From Intoshia linei (taxonomy: Eukaryota; Animalia; Orthonectida), in contig LWCA01000059.1 in the NCBI GenBank assembly GCA_001642005.1, forward strand, positions 1 to 64,000: DNA of 64,000 bases, in the 5' to 3' direction. A program made the translations under genes and the position numbers. The notes beneath the pieces were generated by a model, which saw only the letters and a list, made by a program, of their open reading frames with translations, had not been told where the DNA came from and made no database searches. Positions within the stretch are counted from its first letter, which is position 1; every line of letters begins with the position of its first letter. Shown piece after piece: positions 12,572 through 25,109 of this stretch.

Positions 12572-14608
12572 ATGACAATCGAGCAAAAAATTAAAGATAT
12601 AGAAGATGAGGTACCATATTCATATGTTGTTTTTCCTTTACTTATCGTTTCTGTTTATGCTTATATTTGAATATTCAATTTAAATCCGAAGATGTTTAAA
12701 TCTATTTACAAAACGTGCTTTAAATTTGATTATCTTCAGAATCTAAAATTAATGATATGAAAGTCACATTTCCTTTACTGTTTGAATTTGAAACATAAAA
12801 TAGTTATCCATCATGACATGATATTCGAAAATATAATTTTTATAATTTGGACAAATGATGCTTTTATTTTACACAAATTTCGTTTAAGACACGAAAAAGT
12901 CTATCGGTACTATAGATTCGCATTTGCTCTTTTTCATTAGCTACAAATATATACTGTATTACAAAAAGGTCAATTCTAAAGATTAAAAAAAATCAAAATT
13001 AGTAAGTGGATCTAACTAAATTAATATAAAACGTTTAAATGTTTTCAGTTTATGGACACCGGTTCTGGAGACGTGACGGGGACATTTGTTATTCCAATTG
13101 AACCCTTTACTGTATTCGTTATTTATAAACAATACATTTAAAATATAAAATGTTTCCAATCCATCTCGCGGTCCCACGAAAATTTTGTAAAAAACGACAG
13201 TGAGAAACTAGTCAGCATTACTAGCTATCAAAATTAAAACTTATTTTCCTTTGTTAGTCGGCTCTTTTAATTATTTTGAAAAAACATTTTAAAATATTTT
13301 TTAAAGTGAAATTAATGTAATGTACAGATGAATCGAACCCAAAAGAATAAAGCTACCATGAACCACCTTGGTATGCTTAAGGTAGGACTGAATAGGGTTC
13401 AGTGTTTATTTTATTTATTTAGGCTCGCATGGCGAAACTAAAACAGCAATTAATCAACCCAAAAGGTGGCGGAGGAGGTGGTCCAGGTGAAGGTTTCGAT
13501 GTAGCTTCAACTGGTGACGCTAGAATTGGATTTGTCGGTTATTTGGTATTATTATTATCTTATATCATGTTTAGGATTCCCCTCAGTCGGGAAATCGACC
13601 TTAATGACCAATTTAGCCGGTATAGAATCTGAAGTTGCTGCCTATGAATTTACCACACTAACGACAATCCCTGGAGTAATTAAATACAAAGGTGCCAGAA
13701 TCCAGCTACTTGATTTACCGGGAATTATAGAAGGAGCAAAGGATGGAAAGGGTCGCGGGAGACAAGTTATTGCAGGTTCATTTTTTTTGTATCTATTAAA
13801 TTTTTTAGTGGCTTATACGTGCAATCTACTTTTCATTGTATTGGATGTTTTGAAACCGATGATTCATAAAACCATTATTGAACGGGAACTAGAAGGTTTC
13901 GGAATAAGACTAAACAAAGGACCACCAAATATTCGTGTTAGAAAAAAGGAAAAGGGAGGCATTGGTATAAATATTCAGGTTCCACAAACTGAACTAGACC
14001 ATGACACTATAAAAGCTGTTCTAAGCGAGTATAAAATACACAATGCGGATGTTACATTATTTATCGACGCTACTGTAGATGAACTCATTGATGTGATTGA
14101 AGGAAATCGTGTTTATATTCCCTGTGTATACCTTTTAAATAAAATAGACCAAATATCAATTGAAGTAAATAGTTCTATCGAATAATATTAATTTTTTTAA
14201 GGAACTTGAAATTTTACATAAAATGCCAAATTGTGTACCCATTTCAGCTAAAGATTTTTGGAACTTTGATGATTTATTAGAAATGATGTGGACAAAACTC
14301 AGCTTAATAAGAATGTATGCTTTTTAAAATTTAAATGATTATAATGTAGTTATACCAAACCAAAATTTGAGGAACCAGACTTCAAAAGTCCTGTAATATT
14401 AAAATGTGCACGATCAGTTGAACGTTTCTGTCAAAAGATACATAAAGAAATACTGCAACAATTTAAACAGTAATTCTTTTTTAAACTTTGTTATATTAAA
14501 ATATATAGCGCTCTTGTATGGGGTACATCCGTTAAACACCAACCACAAATCGTAGGCAAAGATCATTTATTGGACGACGAGGACGTTATTCAAATAATAA
14601 AAAAATAA
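12572..14608 (+). CDS. DRG1: Developmentally regulated GTP-binding protein 1, multi-exon
   Basis: Exon 1 [13 protein letters not shown] (12572-12610), then [60 protein letters not shown] and a TGS domain ending VIQIIKK* at 14608. Confidence 0.95.
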
Positions 14609-14643
14609 CGGTGTAATCAGTTAGGGATATAAACAATTTATAT

Positions 14644-17600
14644 TCATTTTTTAGAAGGTTGAGGAATAGGTATAAAACTTCTTCGTTTAGTTTTATCTTG
14701 ATTTTTTATGGACCTTCTTTGTATTATATTGTTCGAATCCATAGGCCTATAACTAGATTTCTCAACAATTTTTTCATCCTTTTTTACTTTAAGTTTATTT
14801 GAAAAGGCATCTACAAATGAAGGTTTTCGATTGATTTTGATTGGTTCACACATTGCTTTTGTAAATATCTCTTTTTCAGTGGTAGGCTTGATTTTCATTG
14901 ATGCAGAAGATTTTCTCTTGGAAAATAATGATGTAAATGTAAACTTTTTCGGTGGAGCTACCAACGTTTCTTTGCTGAGGCTTTTTAATTTTAAATTTGT
15001 TTTAATTGGGTTTGATGGATTGGTAGGTGGTTTACTAATTGTCATTGATATTGCTTTTGTTATGATTTTTGGCTTTGTGTGTGGAGAACGTAGTATATCA
15101 TCGTTTGCGTTTTTCCTGGGTAGTGTGGATGTACTATATTCTGATTTATTAAATTTCATACTGGCACTTTTTGCAATTAAACTATTTCTTTTGCTTTTTA
15201 CTGAAACAGGTAAATTTGAATTTGTAGATTTTCGCATACTGGATACACGTCGTACTATATTTTTTTCAATTGGTACAATTTCTTCAGGCTTTTCAAAAAC
15301 TCTATTATCATCAACTATCTTATGTTTCCCATTTTCAGATCTACCGATGATGAGCACTTGTTTGGTTGTTTTCTTTTTATTCAAACTTGCGTCTTTTTTT
15401 AAAGTTTCTATTGCTTGAGTATCAATAATTTGTTCTGGTTCTTGAATTGATTTTTTATTTTTTTGTTTTCTAATAAAATAAATATATTAATTAATCTATA
15501 GTTCACAAAAAATTTTTAAAATGCGACCATAATATGGTATTCAAACTTTTTATATCCTAATTGCTTTCACTAACTTCTTACCAAACAAAAATCTGCATTT
15601 ATTTTACTTATATATTTTTTAAATGTAAATCTTCAAAAATGTTACTATTTGCAAACTTTCAATTCACTCATCTGAGCCATTTTTTACACCCAAAATTTTA
15701 AATTTTCATGATAAATGTATTTACCGCTTTGCAAATTGAGCATTTCGTTTATTCGTTGTGTGACCATTATCACATCTGCAAGGATCGTGTCTATTTAAAT
15801 AATCTTCAAAAGTTGCCCAGCCGCCTCCAATTCGAACCATCAAATGATTTCTCAAGGACTTAATATTAATATGATGTAATTTTATTTTATTTTAATAAAT
15901 TATATAAAATTTACTCTGACAAATATTGGCGTAGATTCATCTCCAATTAAATATCTGCCTTCACTTACTTCGTAAACTGGGAAAATACTTGGACATGTGC
16001 ACTTACTAAGTGCACGACGAACCTAAAATTTACAGTTACATTAATGTCACTTCTCTCAGACATAAAATATGAAACAGGAGTTTAGAACTAATGATCGAAA
16101 CGGTGTATCTAGGATTATAAAAACTATTGCAATTCGTTGATAATGGCTATTTAAAGATTGTTGCTTTTTAATTGATGAAACCATCGATCGAAAAATTGGT
16201 TATTTTGACTCAGTATTTGAGTCAATTTTTTTTACATCTATAAATATAAATGTTATTTTTATTAGATGAATAAAATTGAATCTGTATAAAGTTTAGGAAC
16301 CCCTGTTTTAAAGGGTTGGTCATAGTTAAATATTTATGTAAGAATAATTTTGATTATTTAAAAAACAGTTAATATTATTGTCACAATTGTAAAACATTAA
16401 TTATTATCCAAACTTTCAGAGGGATTTTAATTTTTTTTTAAACCAAATTATCTTAAAATCCCCTGAAAATTTGGTTAATAAGTGATGTTATTACAAGTGA
16501 AAGAATATTTTATAATTGTGAAATGAAATATAACCCTATAAAAAAGTCTACTGTCGTGAAGCGAAATGTTGATAGATAAGTTATGGACCACTAATATACC
16601 ATTCTACAAAATTTACCAATTCATTTAAAGTCAAATCCTCCAATTTTAAAATTCTTCTAACTGGTTTTTTTTGTTTAGGTTTGGGTTTATCTTTCTTAAC
16701 TTTAACATTTTTAACTTCTTCATTATTTGAAACTTGGCTAATTGTAGTATTTAAACTGGAATCGACGTATTCTTCAGGTTTCGGTGATTTCGGTAAATAC
16801 AAATTATCTTGCGACAACGTTAACTGGCTTTTCACAGATTCAATTTCTGAATTGTTCAATACAGTGTCTGTGTCAGTTTCTAGAGAATCCGATAGTCGCG
16901 ACATTGGTTTCATGTCAGCTATATTGAAATTTTCAGTATCTACCTTTTCGGCTTTTTCTTTTTCAATTTCCTGTTCTAATTCTATTATTTTCGGAGCTAT
17001 CATTCCATATCTGATATAATTCTTTATATAATTATGCAATCAATGATAATTATCATTGAATACCACGTTGTTATGTCATACTTTTTACATAGGGTGTCAT
17101 AAAAATAGATTTTTTTAAATATATGATGTACGTTGTATATCACGGATCACCAAAATACCATCCCAATTATGATTTTATAGACTTTTCAAAAAATAAACCA
17201 GTTCTAGAAGGAAACCAATTTTATATAAAATCATGTTTTTATGATCCAAAAAATATTATTTTTTCAACTTAAATCAATAATTAGCATCAAGGGATAGAGA
17301 ATTTTATATGTATTTTTTACTTTACAAAAATAGATTTCATCTGATGATTTATTTAAATTATAATTCTATGTTGATGGACTTGGACCCAAATTGTATACTT
17401 ATTACCTAGCTCCAATTCTTCCCAACTCCAATAAGGTGACAATTACATTGTGTTCATTTTTCCGCATAACCAAATCTTCTGTTTCTTAGAAAAAAATATA
17501 AATTATACAATCAAACTACTTACCAAACATGACTGAATTTGGCAACCCCAGATTTTTACACCAATTTAAGAATTTCGCAATATTGTCTCTCGCAAAAAAC

Positions 17601-18021
17601 GATTTTGCTTGAACATTTTTACGGTACGTTATTTGTGAATTGGGTATTTTTATATCTACTTTATTTAGCATGCCTATAACCAAAGATTCATTTTGAATTA
17701 ACCAATTTTTAATGTGAGTAGTCATTCTAAAATATTTTTACGACAACAATTGCATATTTACAGATTGGCGTGAATGCAGAGTAAACTCCCGTCCTCCAGG
17801 TTATTAAAAAAACTGATGGCATGGATTGAAACATTGTGAAGTTCGTTCAGCCATTCGGACAAGTCTTCTCTCATGGCCTAGCAAAGATTCTACCAATGAA
17901 AGATAAATTTACTAATTACTTCATGATAAGTCCCACGATTTTGATATTTTTGTACCGAAATCAAATCCATTGACAATATGTCGCCAGAAGATTTCGTCAA
18001 GCTATTGGAACGTCTAAGCAT
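14644..18021 (-). CDS. GAS2L: GAS2-like protein (calponin-homology + GAR domain, basic Ser/Lys-rich tail)
   Basis: CH domain [50 protein letters not shown]; GAR domain [42 protein letters not shown]; long basic last exon ending ..[11 protein letters not shown] at 14644. Confidence 0.88.
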
Positions 18022-19052
18022 TATTCATTTCACTAAATTCTCCAGTGTAAGTAAAATCAATACAGTGATTACTTCTTCACAAGTTTTATTTCAGTTTGTC
18101 AATATTTGAGAATAGTATATAATACCATTAGTTATTATGTAGAATCTACATTGAGATAATATCAAACATTCATTTTTTTAGACCTGTAGTTGTTATTTTG
18201 CGTTTATTTGAACGATATTATTAAGTGTATAGCTTTACTTATCAAATAAATGACACTAGTATTCAGTTATGCGTAAAATTCTTTTTTTAAATTTTTAAAA
18301 GACAAAAACATATTTTGTAAATACATTAATTTTGGTTCCGTATTTCGTCACAAATATTGCCAATCTTTATATTTCACCACATTTATTTTGTCATGAACTC
18401 AATTATACATTAGTATTATTATATATGTTAAATTTAGCGGATAAATATACAGTTTATATTTATCACTGTTTGTTGTATATTATACACATATCCAGAATAT
18501 AGAATATCATAATGAGGTGACCTTGTTATTGAACGGTTTGAAATGTGTTGAACAAATAGCTACAAATATGTATTTCCTTTTTTGGGCAAAGACGAACAAA
18601 TCATATGTATTAAAGTTGTTCCCATGGTTGAATTGTTGTGTCCTTTACATTGTAGTAAAGTAGAGGTAGAATCCTTAAGTGTCCTTGTAATCCTTGTAAG
18701 TGTATATCACTATAGCATAGTGATTATGCACTAGTCATGAATCATGACTCATGATTTTTGATATATCTCACTTGTGATGTATAACTGTCACTGTGGTTAT
18801 AATCATATATAATTGCATAGTATACAATAGTTCGAATCCGATTTGGACATATTTTTATTTAAGATAAACTTATCTGAGTTCGCTCTGCCAATCGTTACAG
18901 TAAGATTAGAAAATATTATAAGTGTCAAAAATTTATATCGTAACGAATCGGTTGCAAAGGGAAAAGGTTGAAACCCACTGTTATAGTTAGTTTATTTATG
19001 TTACTAATAAAGTTTGAAAGATAACAATATAAGTTTATTTGTATTATTGTAT

Positions 19053-20363
19053 ATGTTGCAATTTTTCTATTTGCAAGCAAAAGTCTCGATTCCTTGTTGT
19101 TTTATGAGTAAAACAAGTAAACTAGCTAAATATCTTCCTGAAATCATCAAAAAAGACGTTGTAGAAGATTGGGTAAAAGGATGGGGACCTGGTGGTCAAA
19201 GTGTTAATACTTCTAGTAACTGTCTTGTTCTTAAACATTTACCTACTGGAATAGTGATTAAGGTATTTACACATATTCATAAAATAATAGATATTTTTAT
19301 TAATGAGACAAAAAATTTTTTAAAATATGTAGGACTGAATTGATTGAAAACGGTATAAAAAAGATTGATAATATCCAAGGGTATTACCAGCATAATTAAA
19401 AAATTAGTTTATTTTTGTAAATTACATCATTATCTAAAAAATCCAAAGTTTAATAATATTCTTCATAATTATTGATACACGCATGTACTTTAGGGTGTCA
19501 CTGTTGATACTTTTTTGATTTTAAACATTTATCTAAAAAATCGGTTAATATTTACTCTCTCCTAAATACAAATATTAAAAGTAATTCAGAAGTGTTTAGA
19601 TAAATTAAAAATATATCTTAATTCAATTTATTTGCAGAATTTTTGTAATTTTTATGGCTGTATTGTCTTTGATGGGTTTACCATATTTTATATTGCATTT
19701 TGTTTTTTAAATTTATTTTGGTTTTTAAGCATGTTTGGATTATTATATAATTAACCCAAACAGCTGGAGAAAACTCAAAATAAATTTCTTTACGCAAATT
19801 CTCATCATAAAATTTTCTATAAAATTGGAGCTGTTATGATGTTTAGCTATTATGAACGTTTATCTGATAGACTTAGACCAAGGGTGCACTGAACAACTTT
19901 TCTACCATTTCAGCCGCAAAGCTACTTTATTGATTGATACTACGGCCGCACAAAATTTACTTTAATACTGAGAAAGTTTTAATCCATTTTGAGAATGTGG
20001 CCGAAGTCAAAAATGTAAAATTCGTTGTTGTTTTGTTTAAAAATTATATCCAAACTTACTACTCGATTAATTGTTATTATATAAAAAAAGGTTCATCCAC
20101 ACCTACGTTTTATTATATATTTTAAAACTACTTGTCTATAAAAGCTAATTTAGTGTCATGAAACAAAAAGCATCGAAACTAATCGAAAAAGGGCATACGA
20201 AAGACTACAGGTAAAATTAGATCAATTCAAAAATGGTGAAAATAGCGTCGTCGTTCAGTTAGAAAATAAACTCAGAGAAAAACAGAAAAGAAATAACATA
20301 AGTAAAAATAAACACAGAGAAACTGCTAAACACTGGAAGGAATATATAAAGAATATCAATTAG
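19053..20363 (+). CDS. MTRFR: Mitochondrial translation release factor in rescue (C12orf65), 2 exons
   Basis: Exon 1 VKGWGPGGQSVNTSSNCLVLKHLPTGIVIK with the GGQ motif; ~890-nt intron; exon 2 from ~20154 reads CHETKSIETNRKRAYERLQVKLD..NGENS, then a basic tail and TAG at 20361-20363. Confidence 0.9.
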
Positions 20364-20404
20364 AACATATCTTCATTTGTATATATTATCGTCTACAAAT
20401 TTAA

Positions 20405-20962
20405 ATGCGACCTCTTACGACAGAAGAATCTAAAGCAGTATTCAAGAAACTAGCAAAGTATATTGGTCCAAGGTGTAAAGAATTGATTGATAAATGTAGT
20501 GGCATCAATGGAACTACCGAATATTGTTTTAGGTATCACCGCCAACGAATTTTTTATTCTTCTGCAATGTTAGCTAAGCGTGCTAGTAGTATAAAAGCAG
20601 ATAATTTACTTAGTTTTGGAATATGTATAGGAAAATTCACAAAAACCCACCAATTTATATTAAAAATTACTTCACTGCATGTCATCGCACCACTATTTAC
20701 AAATAGAATGTGGCTCAAACCAGCAGCAGAGCAACGATTTTTGTATGGACGAAATATAGAAAAAACAGGTCTTGCTCGTATGACTGATACAACACAAAAA
20801 TATGATGGTATATTAATGGTTTCGATGAACGAAGTTCCTCTAGGATTCGGATTAGCAGCCAAATCATCTACAGAATGCAGAAACACTGACCCTGGAACAT
20901 GTATTGCGTTTCATCAAGCTGATGTTGGCGAGTTTATTAGAAACGAAGACACATTGCTGTAA
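20405..20962 (+). CDS. NIP7: 60S ribosome biogenesis protein NIP7, single exon
   Basis: MRPLTTEESKAVFKKLAKYIG...IGKFTKT..F.LKITSL...FLYG...PLGFG.AAKS...FHQADVGEFIRNEDTL, the NIP7/PUA signature. Confidence 0.96.
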   Translation: MRPLTTEESKAVFKKLAKYIGPRCKELIDKCSGINGTTEYCFRYHRQRIFYSSAMLAKRASSIKADNLLSFGICIGKFTKTHQFILKITSLHVIAPLFTNRMWLKPAAEQRFLYGRNIEKTGLARMTDTTQKYDGILMVSMNEVPLGFGLAAKSSTECRNTDPGTCIAFHQADVGEFIRNEDTLL

Positions 20963-20968
20963 TATTTA

Positions 20969-23900
20969 TTATATTAAAGTCAAACATTTTTCACATTTCT
21001 TTATTAAAATATCTTTTATCGTTTCTTCTCGTTTGTTTTTTAAATCTAAATTCAATTTTTCTCTGTAATTTCCTAAAATATATTTCACTCCTTCACATGA
21101 ATGTATTTCTGCTGCCTGTATTAACAACTATGAAAAAAGTATATGTGATAGTTACTATATGCAAAGGTGTATTATCTAAAAAATCTGTAGAATTGATGTC
21201 TGCGCCAGCCAGTATATAACAACTCACTTTTTCGTAGTGACCTAATGCCATTCCTCTAAATTTTTTTTAAAAATATATTACGATAATGATATAGATATAG
21301 TACTCAAATTTAAAAATGTCGAATTTTTTATCAATTTGTTTTCATACAAAAATGGTCATTGTAGTATTTCATAACTTTTTAGAGGTATCAGTGATTGACA
21401 AACTACACCAGGTGCACACAAAAATTTAATAGAGTTTTGAAACTAATTGATTAAAATTCTCAATGAATGCTGTTTTCATCACGTTATGCTAGAAAGCATG
21501 TATATTATCGATAATTACTGGCATATTTTGTATCCAACTTGATGTGGGCAGTTAAGGTGAGCTCCAGTTGCAATGAGAAGTTTTATAATTTCTGGGTAAA
21601 TAAATTGTACTGCATTATCCAATGGTGTATATCCAAATCTATCTTTCACATGAACAGTGGCTCCTTTTGATAGTAAAAACCTAGTAATGCTCACATTTCC
21701 TTCGGAAGCAGCTATGTGTAGAGCAGTTCTACCATCGTAGTCACTGCTATTAATTACACCTCCCTATATTTAATTAATAAATATTAAAATGATTTATACG
21801 GGTTGTAATATAGTATTCAATGCACAAATATCATTATTTCTGGTGGCAAAACATACTAAATAAGGCATTATTACGTCACACAATTCATTAGACGCCTATT
21901 TTTAAGTAAATTATATTAAATTATAATTATACAGATCTTGTTTTGAAATTCATGGCTAAGGATATTTGTTGAATAAGGGAACTGTTGTATAGTGCATTGT
22001 CTTTAGTAGATTTTATGCATTTCATTTCTCCTCTCATATTCGTTGCCATTAATTTACATTTATCTGAATAGCTTAGATATTTTCCTAACACATAACTTAG
22101 TTTTGCCAAAGTAGCTTCAACTGTCATGTCACTACCAGAAACAACTCCGATATCCTTAAAAATCTATATTCTAAATAGACATTTAACACATCAAATATAT
22201 ACCTTTCCAGTTGCATATGATGTAGAAACTGAACCTTTGGCACATTGACTTAAATTAACAATTAAGACGCCTCTGCTTATAGCCTTCTTTAAAATTGCAA
22301 TAAATGTAACGTTTGTATAAGGTCCATTTCCTGACCCGTACGATTGTATTACGAACCCTTGAATAGGAGGTTGACAAAATGTTTCTATCTATGAATTTAT
22401 TTGTGTAAATAAATAATTACTATTTGATTTGGTATTCCAGGGTTAAGTCTAATTACTCCCACGTTTTCGGACATTTTACAAAAAATATCAAACGGTTCAG
22501 ACACTCTAGCCATCAATATTTGATTCCAGTTTACTAAATTTATAGTATAAATAAAAAAAAATTTAAACCATTTATATTGATTCCTAAGGTGACCAAAGGG
22601 GCTTCGTTGTGAGAATCAAAAGCATTAAACTCTGACGTGTCATGTTTTGTAGTTCTGTTGCCTCTGAAAATTTTATTGCTGAATGCGATAAGTACCTATG
22701 TTATAAGATAAATTTTTCGTATAACTTACTTCAGGGATGTTATAATATCCGGCAATAACAAGGGCATCTATAAAATTGTCGCGGCCGTCACTGCGAAGTT
22801 CGAAAATTGGTACCTAAATATCTGTATTTGAGAATTTTAGATAACCATACTTGAGAACCTGTTAAAATGACTGGTTTTCCTAAATTTTCCAACATAAATG
22901 ATAGCGCTGAAGCTGTATAAGACATGGTATCTGTTCCGTGTAGTATGACAAATCCATCAAACTTTTTATAGTATTTCTACAAAATCAATATTTATTTTTG
23001 TAAATAAATACTTTTATGTCATTTGCCAGCTGTACCCAATTGGAAATAGCCAAGCTAGCCGAGTCCATCAATGGGTAATATTCTATTACATCGTAGAGTA
23101 TTTTAAAATTATCCTTTATACCCCTAAATAGAAATTTTATTGGCACATTAGTGAAATACGGAAGTATAAGAGGTGTTTGGTCCAATTTTGGAAAATTGTC
23201 GTTAATATACTCGATATCGTTGAATAGAGTTGAATTAGTTAGTTCTTTTTTCAAAATATTAGGACATGGTACATATACTAAAATAGTATTAAATATTAAA
23301 TTAAAGTATCTCGTATTATTATTAATTAAAACTAAACTATGCATTCAACGAATTATGATTTAAATTTTAAATGATAAACCAGCGGTTCCAAAATGCCGCT
23401 GGGTGGAAAATTATAAATATAATATTGTAATGTTTAGATTTTTTAATTTAGATTAGATATCATTGTATTTGTTATAATTTTCCCAAGTAATTTCGTTTTA
23501 GTGGTCCGCGTAGAAGAAACTGTGATAAACCATTGTATGCGTCAAGTAAGACATTGGATTAATTTACTAACAAAGTGAAATTACTTATATTAGAGACTCA
23601 TATTAAGTTTATTTTTCAATTACATTTTAAATGTTTATTATTGTCAAACCTTTATTATGTTTCTGGTACTGAAGTGTATATATAACCCGCCTTCGAATAT
23701 ATGCAGTCTACTATTATTTTTATGAAAAGAATTAGAAATAAAGCTAGCAGTAAAGAAAATGTTGATTCTTCATTAATTTACAAACCATAAAATGGAACTA
23801 CGATATTTATTTATTTAGAAATCTAAGTATTTTTGTTAATTAATTTTAGTTCACCTATAACTGAGTTTTTCAAAGTGGGAATCGTTTAAATTATTATAAA

Positions 23901-24381
23901 AAATATATTTAAATTAAATCTAAATTAAGAATAAAAATACATTTTGTTATTTTCAAAAAAATATCCAACTACATGTACTGAGTACATTGTATTCATAATA
24001 TTGTCAATAAGGATTCCTCATCATTACTAATATATTATTTCAACTGCATTTGATGTTGGAGTGTAATTTTAATAAATAATTTGTAGGTCTATAAAAATTA
24101 TTTTGTTTATTTTGTATAAAAACGATCCTAGTACAAAGGATCTTAGGTCTTAGGATTTATGATCTTAGGTCATTATTAAATCTAAACATGTATATACCAA
24201 ACTATAATTATAGATAATAACGATACTTATTAAAAATATTACCGCTGTTTTTTGTTTTCATTCCAATTGTACCGCCAGTATATATGACCAATATTGATTT
24301 AAAACACTCTTTAACGTTTAATAGTGAAAGTAATTTATGAATATCGGTTATGCCATTGTTGGTATGCATTTTTGTTTTCAT
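20969..24381 (-). CDS. ASPG: L-asparaginase with C-terminal ankyrin repeats (60 kDa lysophospholipase), copy 1
   Basis: [89 protein letters not shown] and ankyrin motifs [22 protein letters not shown]; stop at 20971-20969. Confidence 0.92.
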
Positions 24382-25109
24382 AATAGAATCAAATATTCAC
24401 AAAAAATTTGATTTCATGTTCTAAAATTTTAACACAAAATGTTGAATTTATTTTAAATAAACACATACATTGTAGATATACAAATATTTTCCTTATGCAA
24501 ATAAAATTTTTCAGTGACAATGACGTATTTATTATACGAAAACTTAAAGGGATTTCAATTTACTTGTTCTGTAAATCAGGGATACCAACGACGCGATCGG
24601 GATGGGTTGGTCGATCGCCATAATTTAATTACTCTTTTAATGTTATTGCTTTTGAGTAGAAATAATTTTTGTGATACGAATTGATAAAAGTTGACACTTT
24701 TAATTATCATGTATTGTACAATGTACATAACGGGGTTAAAATTTAGCCGTTAAATCATCATCAGGAAAAGTATACAACTCAAAAATGACACCAGTAATTT
24801 GAATATTCCTGACATATTTTATACATCAAAAAATTACTGTTAACTGGTTTTTTGAAAGGTTAAATTTCACCCTAGAATAAATTTTATTTTTTCATTTTGA
24901 AGGAAAAGTGGTTTTGCGCATTCGTCGTATATTTAAACCAGTGACGATTCGAATCATCACTTATGAATTAATTGCATCTTTCGTCGATTTTTGCGGTCAA
25001 ATGATCTACGTATAACAAATGTTGTTCCTAGAATATATTGATTTGCATCAAACTTATACAAATTGTATAAGAAACTTTTGAAAAAACAAAAGAAATGTTT
25101 ATGTGATTT

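Noticed and set aside
14831-15418. 195-aa hydrophobic plus-strand ORF (similarly 16681-17019, 10789-11193 and 20554-20886)
   Set aside because: Antisense shadows of real exons (GAS2L, PP2A-A, NIP7); Lys-rich codons read as Phe/Leu on the opposite strand.
18780-18850. GTTCGAATC T-loop/B-box motif suggesting a tRNA
   Set aside because: No T-stem, acceptor stem or D-arm can be built around it.
19600-19870. T-rich hydrophobic-coding stretch in the MTRFR intron, considered as a NUMT or nested exon
   Set aside because: No recognisable mitochondrial gene motif and multiple stops.
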